Source of the DNA: Eubacteriales bacterium
GTDB taxonomy: Bacteria; Bacillota; Clostridia; Oscillospirales; CAG-272
Direction: 5' to 3'
Assembly: GCA_045534435.1 (NCBI GenBank)
Contig: JAZSJS010000030.1
Location: 1 to 59,247, forward strand
Length of the DNA: 59,247 bases
Under the pieces are notes generated by a model. The model ran no database searches. It was not told the origin of the DNA and saw only the letters and a list, made by a program, of their open reading frames with translations. Both the position numbers and the translations under genes were made by a program. Positions 29,432-36,064 of this stretch are shown piece after piece. Positions within the stretch are counted from its first letter, which is position 1; each line of letters opens with the position of its first letter.

Positions 29432-29787
29432 GACAGCTTCGTCTGTAAGCCGGGTTCTGTCTTGAACGGTCATCAATCTGCGCGACTTGTCACCAAGCCG
29501 CTTCGGAGAAGATTCTCCGTGCCACCTCGGGCGCTGTGTCGGACCGACGTCCCTTGAGGTGTTGCTTCGGATAGGGTTTACAGCGGACCTATGTTACCAT
29601 AGGAACGGGTGAGCTCTTACCTCGCCTTTCCATCCTTACCGCTTGCGCGGCGGTTTCTTTCTGTTGCACTTTCCCGACGGTTACCCGTGGCTGACGTTAT
29701 CAGCTATCCTGTCCTGTGAAGCCCGGACTTTCCTCACGGTAATACCTTGCGGCAACATACCGCGCGACCGTCCGGCGAAGCTGTACT
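29432..29787 (-). ncRNA. rnpB: RNase P RNA
   Basis: On the minus strand: GAGGAAAGTCCGGGC (CR-I) and ACAGAACCCGGCTTA (CR-V). The P1 helix is CAGCTTCG / CGAAGCTG. A perfect promoter lies upstream, and the hairpin GGGACTGTTGCCCGTCAACAGTCCC sits at the 3' end. Confidence 0.92.
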
Positions 29788-29792
29788 CATAT

Positions 29793-29821
29793 ATTATAAT
29801 GGAAAAACGTCGATTTGTCAA
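29793..29821 (-). promoter_or_regulatory. Sigma-A type promoter for rnpB
   Basis: On the minus strand: TTGACA, 17 nt, TATAAT. The predicted transcription start coincides with the start of the P1 helix. Confidence 0.8.
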
Positions 29822-29848
29822 GAGAAATCGCAGAAAACCCGAGCATAG

Positions 29849-30622
29849 TCAAAGCTGCTTGCGGATCTTTTCCAGGGTTGCCTTTTCCAGTCGGGAGACC
29901 TGTGCCTGGGAGATCCCGATCTCGTCTGCGATCTCCATCTGGGTTTTATTTCGGAAAAAGCGAAGGTGGATGATCTTTCGCTCACGCTCACTCAGACGGG
30001 CAAGCGCCTCCTTGAGTACGATATTCTCCAACCAGGTCTCGTCGCCGCCCGAGGTATCGGCAAGCTGATCCATCAGATAGAGCGCGTCGCCGTTATCGTT
30101 GTAGACCGGCTCGTAGAGCGAGATCGGCTCAACGATCGCCTCCATGGCGCGCATCACGGCATCCTTTTTCTCGCCCAGACGAGCGGCGATCTCCTCGACG
30201 GTCGGCTCACGCTCGTTTTTCGCGATCAGCTCCTCGCGTGCCTGCAGAGAGCGGTAGGCAAGATCGCGCATGGAGCGGCTGATGCGAATGGCGGTGTTGT
30301 CTCTCAGATAGCGTCGGATCTCTCCGATGATCATGGGGACGGCATAGGTCGAGAATTTGACGTCCATTTCGACGTTGAAATTGTCAACCGCCTTCACCAA
30401 GCCGATGCAGCCCACCTGAAAGAGGTCGTCCATGTTTTCCCGCCGCCCCGTAAAGCGCTGAATGATCGACAAAACCAGACGCAGATTTCCGCTGATCAGC
30501 TCGCTTCGCGCATTTTCGTCACCCGCTCTTGCTCGGAGCAGAAGCTCCTGCTTCTCTGCATCACTCAGAACCTTCAGCTTTGAGGTGTTCACCCCGCATA
30601 TTTCCACTTTGTTATAATACAT
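29849..30622 (-). CDS. sigG: Sporulation sigma factor SigG (forespore, late)
   Basis: 257 aa. Near-colinear with recalled B. subtilis SigG: NKVEICGVNTSKL, GNLRLVLSIIQRF, DDLFQVGCIGL, KFSTYAVPMIIGEIRRYLRDN, GISQAQVSRLEK. Confidence 0.85.
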   Translation of the reverse strand: MYYNKVEICGVNTSKLKVLSDAEKQELLLRARAGDENARSELISGNLRLVLSIIQRFTGRRENMDDLFQVGCIGLVKAVDNFNVEMDVKFSTYAVPMIIGEIRRYLRDNTAIRISRSMRDLAYRSLQAREELIAKNEREPTVEEIAARLGEKKDAVMRAMEAIVEPISLYEPVYNDNGDALYLMDQLADTSGGDETWLENIVLKEALARLSERERKIIHLRFFRNKTQMEIADEIGISQAQVSRLEKATLEKIRKQL

Positions 30623-30777
30623 CCGCAATATCCCCGTTTTTGTTTTCAAGAAAAGTATTGCCGTGTCGCGCAACAGGTTATTCAAGCCAGAAAATGGGAG
30701 GCGGACAGGGAAGCGCCGGATTGGAAAAGGAAAACGGAAAAATATTGTTCAAAAATAAAATATTTTTCAAAAAGCCC

Positions 30778-30806
30778 TTGCAATTTTGAAAGTTTTATGA
30801 TATAAT
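30778..30806 (+). promoter_or_regulatory. Sigma-A type promoter for tRNA-Ser
   Basis: TTGCAA, 17 nt, TATAAT, with an extended -10 TG. About 38 nt upstream of the mature tRNA 5' end. Confidence 0.7.
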
Positions 30807-30843
30807 TATCAGCGTTGCCGATCAAGTCGCAACGTTTATATAC

Positions 30844-30934
30844 GGAGAAGTACTCAAGAGGTCGAAGAGGCGTGACTCGAAATCTCGTAGGACGTTAACG
30901 CGTCGCGTGGGTTCAAATCCCACCTTCTCCGCCA
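30844..30934 (+). tRNA. tRNA-Ser (anticodon CGA), class II with long variable arm, CCA encoded
   Basis: Acceptor GGAGAAG/CTTCTCC, T-arm GTGGG TTCAAAT CCCAC, anticodon loop CTCGAAA, long variable arm GACG..CGTC, discriminator G plus CCA. One T-T mismatch in the anticodon stem. Confidence 0.9.
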
Positions 30935-30936
30935 AC

Positions 30937-30980
30937 AAAAACAGAACATTTGTCTACCGAAAAATGTTCTGTTTTTGTTT
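30937..30980 (+). terminator. Intrinsic terminator after tRNA-Ser
   Basis: AACAGAACATTT / AAATGTTCTGTT 12-bp stem with an 11-nt loop, followed by TTTGTTT. Confidence 0.8.
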
Positions 30981-31170
30981 ATCCAAGCCGCAGGCTTGGT
31001 ATATCATCGCCGCGCGAAGCGCGGTGCATATCATCAGCCCCAAAGGGGCTGTATCTCATCACGCGCCAGCGTGTATCTTTCCTGCGGCTTGATGATATAC
31101 AACACTTCGTGTTGATGATATACCGCAATAACTTGCGGATGATATACACGCCTTCGGCGTGATTGGGATG
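30981..31170. repeat. Head-to-head 10-mer iteron array interleaved with short unrelated GC-rich hairpins
   Basis: GTATATCATC-type copies start at 30999, 31026 and 31051 (0-1 mismatch). Its reverse complement GATGATATAC occurs perfectly at 31091, 31114 and 31138. Spacing is 23-27 nt. Hairpins with 4-7-bp stems and 3-4-nt loops fill each interval. Confidence 0.8.
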
Positions 31171-31188
31171 CGAGATGGAGGAAAGCTC

Positions 31189-31217
31189 TTGACTAGCTTT
31201 GCTCAATGTGATATAAT
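31189..31217 (+). promoter_or_regulatory. Sigma-A type promoter for the small acidic protein gene
   Basis: TTGACT, 17 nt, TATAAT, with an extended -10 TG. Immediately downstream of the iteron/hairpin array. Confidence 0.7.
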
Positions 31218-31261
31218 ATATGCAAAAGTTTATATTTCCACGAACAAAGAGAGGCAACAGA

Positions 31262-31624
31262 ATGACTGAATATGATGATCCGATTGTAGGTGCAATAAAA
31301 GCAGCGGTTTCTTTTCCCGTCGATGTTGAATGTGAAGGATATCCTGATGTGATTTTTAACATCATATTTGAAATGCATCCTGATCAATCAATGACGGAGA
31401 AGAGTGTTTCTGCCTTAGAAGGTTACATGAACGCATATAACAGAAAACATTTTTTCAGGCCAATCCACTATGTTTCGGATATTGATAGTTTGCCAGAGGC
31501 ATCCTCCGTTTTTTCTGTTTGTATTCATGTGGATTTTGGCAATGCCAATCCCAAAGCATTGATTAACGCCGTTAAAGCAATTTCAGACACAAATCTCCCA
31601 ATTTATCGCCTTGTATTAGAATGA
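31262..31624 (+). CDS. Small acidic cytoplasmic protein, unknown function
   Basis: 120 aa, with GAGAGG 7 nt before the ATG at 31262. The ATG at 31220 falls inside the promoter/TSS region and was rejected. AT-richer than the surrounding core genes. No family recognised. Confidence 0.55.
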   Translation: MTEYDDPIVGAIKAAVSFPVDVECEGYPDVIFNIIFEMHPDQSMTEKSVSALEGYMNAYNRKHFFRPIHYVSDIDSLPEASSVFSVCIHVDFGNANPKALINAVKAISDTNLPIYRLVLE

Positions 31625-31682
31625 TTACACAGCTTTTTACTGTTCTTACCTACATTTATACACCTTTTTACTGCTCTTTCGC

Positions 31683-31719
31683 AAAAAAATTCCTCGGACT
31701 TGTTCCGAGGATATTTTTT
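31683..31719. terminator. Bidirectional-type terminator hairpin
   Basis: AAAAAAATTCCTCGG ACTTGTT CCGAGGATATTTTTT. A second, perfect copy of the right arm lies at 31757-31771. Confidence 0.65.
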
Positions 31720-31984
31720 GCTTCTTCACTTTTCACTCTTCACTTTTCTCCCTCCGCCGAGGAATTTTTTTGGAAGTAATAAGTAATAGTGAAAAGTGAA
31801 AAGGTATCTTATGGAAGACGGCCTTTCAATTTTTATTCTTTTTATTCTCAATCGCTCTTTCGGCTGAACCTTTTCGGGTTTAGCCGGTTTCTATTCTTCC
31901 GTTTTTGTCCAATGTCAAAAATTTTGAAAACCTCTTTACTTTTTGCACAAAACGTAGTATAATGTCAATATAGGGAGGTGCTTT

Positions 31985-33592
31985 ATGAATTCCATGATTT
32001 ACAATCCCTTGGAGGAATACGACAAAAAATTCAGAGATCTCCATTTTGAAAAAACAAAAGAATATCTTCGGACACTTGTCGAGCAGTCGGGTGTGAATAT
32101 CGAAGAAAACCGAAAAACCGTCGCGCAGTGCGACGAGGCCGACAATCGCCTGAGAAAGCTTAGAAAAAAGCTGACGCTTTGGAAGGCTTTGAGGGTGTTG
32201 ATGTGTATTACGCTCGTGCTCATTCCGCTCGTCATTTTCAAGATCAATCCCATGATCCGGGAATTGAGAGCCAAGATCGAACAGGCAGAGAAGGAGCATG
32301 CCGAGCTGCTGGCTCTCGCACATCGGCAAATGGCACCGCTCAACGCACTGTTTACCGACAGAGACGCGCTCAAGATCATCGAAACCGTTCTCCCGCAAAT
32401 TTCCTTCGCGCCCTGCTTCTCGGTAGATCAAGAGCAAGATATGATCGCGAATTATGATTTCCATGACCGTGACAATAACGAGCAGTCCACGATCGACGCT
32501 TTGGCAGGGAAGTACAATGAAAATCCTTTTTTGTTTGAAAAGCGTTTGATTCACAAAATGGGTGTCGAGACTTACCATGGCTACAAGACGATCTATTGGA
32601 CCGAAACCTATCGAGGAAGCGATGGCAAGACACACACGCGAACGCGAAGTCAGACGCTTCACGCCATGGTGACCAAGCCCAAGCCCTTTTATCACACGCA
32701 GGTAGTTTTGAATTATTGTGCGCAGGGAGCGCCCGACCTGTCCTTCACCCGAGATGCCACGCATCTGGAGCAAAAGAGCGAAAAGGAGATCGACAAATAC
32801 GTCAAAAAGGGCGAGAAACGGCTCAAGAAAAAGACCGATGAGGCACTCCGTGAAAACCGTGATTTCGTGAGCATGTCCAACACCGATTTCGAGGTGCTGT
32901 TCGATGCTCTCGACCGTACGGACGAGGTGCAGTTCCGAACGCTCTTCACCCCCTTGGCGCAAACGAATATGGTGGATCTGATCCGCTCGACGGTCGGCTA
33001 TGGAGACGATTTCCATTTCATCAAGCAAAAAAGGACCAACCGCATCGTCACGCATCACAGTCAGGGGCGCGCGGTCAATCTGCTGCCGTCGGATTATACA
33101 TCGTATTCCTTTGACGTCATTCAAAACAATTTTACCACCAAAAACACAAGCTTTTTCAAGGCGGTCTATTTCGACTTTGCACCGATCTGGGCAATTCCCG
33201 TCTATCAGGAGCGCCCGGTGCACTCGCTCAATTCCATTCCCGATTACGCGCAGAAATATTCTGATAAGGAATGCGAGGCGTTGGCGAATCTGGTTGCCAA
33301 GGAACACGTGGTGCATCCCTCGACCAAGACGCAGGCGATCCTCAAGGCATCCTTCAAGGGAAGAAAAAATGTGTTTGACGAGATCTCCGTCTCCGCGTTT
33401 TCATATGATATTATCTCCCGCATAGACGTCGTTCCAATGCTCGGAGGCGACGGACGTATGCACGGTGTGCCGGTTCCGTGGGATGATTATATTCCCTTGA
33501 AAGCCACCAATCGCTTCCTCGTCGGCACACAGGATGCCGCAGGGGAGACGCCAATGATCGCAAAGCGAAACAATCTATGTATGATCCATTAA
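31985..33592 (+). CDS. Membrane-anchored coiled-coil protein, unknown function (LemA partner)
   Basis: 535 aa, with GGGAGG 7 nt before the ATG. N-terminal charged helices flank one TM helix (ALRVLMCITLVLIPLVIFKI). The ~400-aa C-terminal domain has no motif I recognise. The LemA gene follows after 31 nt. Confidence 0.7.
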   Translation: MNSMIYNPLEEYDKKFRDLHFEKTKEYLRTLVEQSGVNIEENRKTVAQCDEADNRLRKLRKKLTLWKALRVLMCITLVLIPLVIFKINPMIRELRAKIEQAEKEHAELLALAHRQMAPLNALFTDRDALKIIETVLPQISFAPCFSVDQEQDMIANYDFHDRDNNEQSTIDALAGKYNENPFLFEKRLIHKMGVETYHGYKTIYWTETYRGSDGKTHTRTRSQTLHAMVTKPKPFYHTQVVLNYCAQGAPDLSFTRDATHLEQKSEKEIDKYVKKGEKRLKKKTDEALRENRDFVSMSNTDFEVLFDALDRTDEVQFRTLFTPLAQTNMVDLIRSTVGYGDDFHFIKQKRTNRIVTHHSQGRAVNLLPSDYTSYSFDVIQNNFTTKNTSFFKAVYFDFAPIWAIPVYQERPVHSLNSIPDYAQKYSDKECEALANLVAKEHVVHPSTKTQAILKASFKGRKNVFDEISVSAFSYDIISRIDVVPMLGGDGRMHGVPVPWDDYIPLKATNRFLVGTQDAAGETPMIAKRNNLCMIH

Positions 33593-33623
33593 AATCATAA
33601 AAAAGAGAAAAGGAGAAAAAGAA

Positions 33624-34292
33624 ATGGCAAATCAATTGGACGAACTCAATCCTGAAATCAGAGAAGAAGGACTGGACACGAACGTCATCGTCAAGAAGCT
33701 GCCTGCGGAGGTGGGTGTCGGATCGAAAATTTTTGAGATCCTTTTGTGGGTGTGCGGAATTATCCCCGGCGTGGTCTTTCTGTTTATGAAGATCAGTGCG
33801 CAAAAGCACTTCGATCAGCTGCAGCAGAAAATCCAGAGAAACGCATCGCAGATCGACAACTATCTCGAACAACGCGTGATGGTTCTTCAGAACTGCGCAC
33901 GTCTCTTGGATAAGGCGATCGACCTGGACAAGAGCACCTTTGAAAACATCGCAAAATACAGATCCGGAAATGCGGGGGACTCGGATGAGGCGCGTAATGC
34001 ACTCGGCGGACAGATCGACACGCTTTCCAAGAACATCAACATTGCTGTCGAGAACTATCCAGACCTTGCCGCACACAGAGAGATTGCCGATGCGATGCAG
34101 CAGAATATGTATCTGCAGAGAGAGATCACCGCGGCAAGAGAGCTCTACAACGACACGGTCAACGAGTGGAACAAGGATATTTTCGCATGGCCCACGAAGA
34201 AGATCGTGGCAGCCAAGAACGGATATACCACTCGCATTCCGTTCGTCGCATCCAAGGAGATCAAGGAAAAGGCAAAGGGCGTGTTCTTCTGA
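33624..34292 (+). CDS. lemA: LemA family protein (divergent, extended N-terminus)
   Basis: TM helix IFEILLWVCGIIPGVVFLFM, then a LemA-like core (ENYPDLAAHREIADAMQQ...REITAARELYNDTVNEWNKDIFAWP). RBS AAGGAGA. Confidence 0.75.
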   Translation: MANQLDELNPEIREEGLDTNVIVKKLPAEVGVGSKIFEILLWVCGIIPGVVFLFMKISAQKHFDQLQQKIQRNASQIDNYLEQRVMVLQNCARLLDKAIDLDKSTFENIAKYRSGNAGDSDEARNALGGQIDTLSKNINIAVENYPDLAAHREIADAMQQNMYLQREITAARELYNDTVNEWNKDIFAWPTKKIVAAKNGYTTRIPFVASKEIKEKAKGVFF

Positions 34293-34308
34293 TCCCGCAA
34301 GTGTCAAT

Positions 34309-34348
34309 GAAGAGGAGAGGTTTTTGAAAAATCCTCTCCTTCTTTTTT
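34309..34348 (+). terminator. Intrinsic terminator after lemA
   Basis: GAAGAGGAGAGG ... CCTCTCCTTC stem followed by TTTTTT. Confidence 0.75.
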
Positions 34349-34511
34349 GATTTCTTCCAAATTCGACAGAAAAAATTTTTTCCTCGAAAAAAACGTGGAG
34401 TTCACATAAAGTTCATACAAATGGATTTTTTTTGTGGTATAATGAACGCAGAAATTTCGAATTCATTATGTAATAATGAACGCGAAAGATTTATCTTCAT
34501 GGAGGTTCCAT

Positions 34512-35984
34512 ATGAAAGAGCTGAAAATGCTTGCCATCGACCTTGGCGCATCCAGCGGACGCGGCATTGTCGGTTGCTTTGACGGTGAGAAGCTCACCCT
34601 GCGTGAGAATCACCGCTTTTCCAACGATCCCGTCATCGTGAACGGCAGAATGTATTGGGATATTCTGCGGATTTTCCACGAGATCAAGCAATCGATCACA
34701 AAGACCGTGCTGGAGGGCGACAACGTTTCCACCATCGGTATCGATACGTGGGGCGTGGACTATGCGTTGCTTGACAAAAACGGCAGAATGCTTGCCAATC
34801 CCGTGCACTACCGTGACACCAGAACCGACGGAATCATCGAGGAGGTTGCCAAGACGCTTCCGCTTTCCGAGCTTTATGCAAAGTGCGGCTTGCAGTGCAT
34901 CAAATTCAACACCATTTTCCAGCTCGCGGCAGACAAGGCGGATGATCCCGAGATCTTCGACCGCGCCGACCGTATGTTGAATATTCCCGACCTGCTCAAC
35001 TATTTTCTGACCGGTAGCAAGGTGAATGAATATACCGTCCTTTCGACCGGCGGATTCCTTGACGCAGTCACGCGTGACTATGCCTTTGAGCTGACCGACA
35101 AGCTCGGCATTCCGCGCTCGCTCTTCGGCGAGGTGACACAGCCCGGCAACCGCTTGGGCAAGCTTTTGCCGCAGGTGCTGGAGGAGACCGGAAAAACCGA
35201 CGCGGAGGTCATCAACGTGGCCTCTCACGACACCGCAAGCGCAGTTCTTGCCGTTCCCACGCAGGAGGATGACTTCATCTTCATCAGCAGCGGAACCTGG
35301 TCGCTGATGGGAACCGAGCTCAAGCAGCCGCTCATCAACGATCGCTCGGAGGAGCTCAACTTCGCAAACGAGGGCGGCGTCAACGGCACGATCCGTTTCC
35401 TCAAAAACATCATGGGACTTTGGCTCATTCAGGAGTCCAGACGTCAGTGGAGACGCGAGGGAAATGAATACAGCTTTGCACAAATGGAGACCTGGGCGAA
35501 GGAAAGCAGGCCCTTCCGCAGCTTCATCAATCCCGACGACGCTTCCTTTGCGACGCCCGGAAACATGCCCGAGCGCATTCGTGAATACTGCCGCCGCACG
35601 GGTCAGCCGGTTCCCGAAACCGTGGGCGAGGTCGTCAGATGCATTTATGAAAGCCTGGCACTCAAGTACAGATATACCGTTGAGTCGATCAACAGCCTGA
35701 TGGGCAAGGACGCAAAGGTCATTCACGTGGTTGGCGGAGGCACGAAGGATAAGTTCCTGTCTCAGATGACCGCCGATGCTTGCGGAATTCCGGTCGCGGC
35801 AGGTCCCGAGGAGGCAACCGCCGTCGGAAATCTGATGATGCAGGCAATTGCCTGCGGCGCTGTTGCCGACGTCAAGGAGGCGCGCCGTGTCATCGCCGCA
35901 TCCTTTGAGATGAAGCACTATGAGCCCACCGCAGAGAGAGCGGCTTGGGATGAGGCATACGCACGTTTTTGTAAATTAAACTGA
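34512..35984 (+). CDS. rhaB: Rhamnulokinase (FGGY carbohydrate kinase family)
   Basis: N-terminus LAIDLGASSGRGIVG...RFSNDPV...WD, and FGGY C-terminal motif VVGGGTKDKFLSQMTADA. GGAGG 7 nt before the ATG. No rhaA or rhaD gene is adjacent. Confidence 0.8.
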   Translation: MKELKMLAIDLGASSGRGIVGCFDGEKLTLRENHRFSNDPVIVNGRMYWDILRIFHEIKQSITKTVLEGDNVSTIGIDTWGVDYALLDKNGRMLANPVHYRDTRTDGIIEEVAKTLPLSELYAKCGLQCIKFNTIFQLAADKADDPEIFDRADRMLNIPDLLNYFLTGSKVNEYTVLSTGGFLDAVTRDYAFELTDKLGIPRSLFGEVTQPGNRLGKLLPQVLEETGKTDAEVINVASHDTASAVLAVPTQEDDFIFISSGTWSLMGTELKQPLINDRSEELNFANEGGVNGTIRFLKNIMGLWLIQESRRQWRREGNEYSFAQMETWAKESRPFRSFINPDDASFATPGNMPERIREYCRRTGQPVPETVGEVVRCIYESLALKYRYTVESINSLMGKDAKVIHVVGGGTKDKFLSQMTADACGIPVAAGPEEATAVGNLMMQAIACGAVADVKEARRVIAASFEMKHYEPTAERAAWDEAYARFCKLN

Positions 35985-36064
35985 CAAAAAATCACCCGTC
36001 AGGTCGGTGTGCTGCAAAACACGCCGATAATTGGGGACTATACAAAAAATTGGGGAGGCTTATC

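Noticed and set aside
30981-31170. CRISPR array
   Set aside because: The repeats are only 10 nt and occur in two opposed orientations. The 'spacers' are 13-19-nt palindromes. No cas genes are in the window.
31220-31261. Upstream ATG (31220) as the start of the small acidic ORF
   Set aside because: It lies only 3 nt after the -10 hexamer, upstream of or at the predicted transcription start, and has no RBS. The ATG at 31262 has GAGAGG at the proper distance.
30907-31365. Small ORFs (61, 70 and 128 aa) spanning the hairpin/iteron array
   Set aside because: Their apparent peptide repeats (YII/MIY) only mirror the 10-mer DNA repeat. The repeat period (23-27 nt) does not preserve a reading frame. 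They run through the tRNA, its terminator and a promoter.
30935-34350. Prophage or integrative element at tRNA-Ser
   Set aside because: There is no integrase, excisionase, or phage or conjugation gene, and no duplicated tRNA 3' segment at the distal border. Only an islet-like composition change can be supported.
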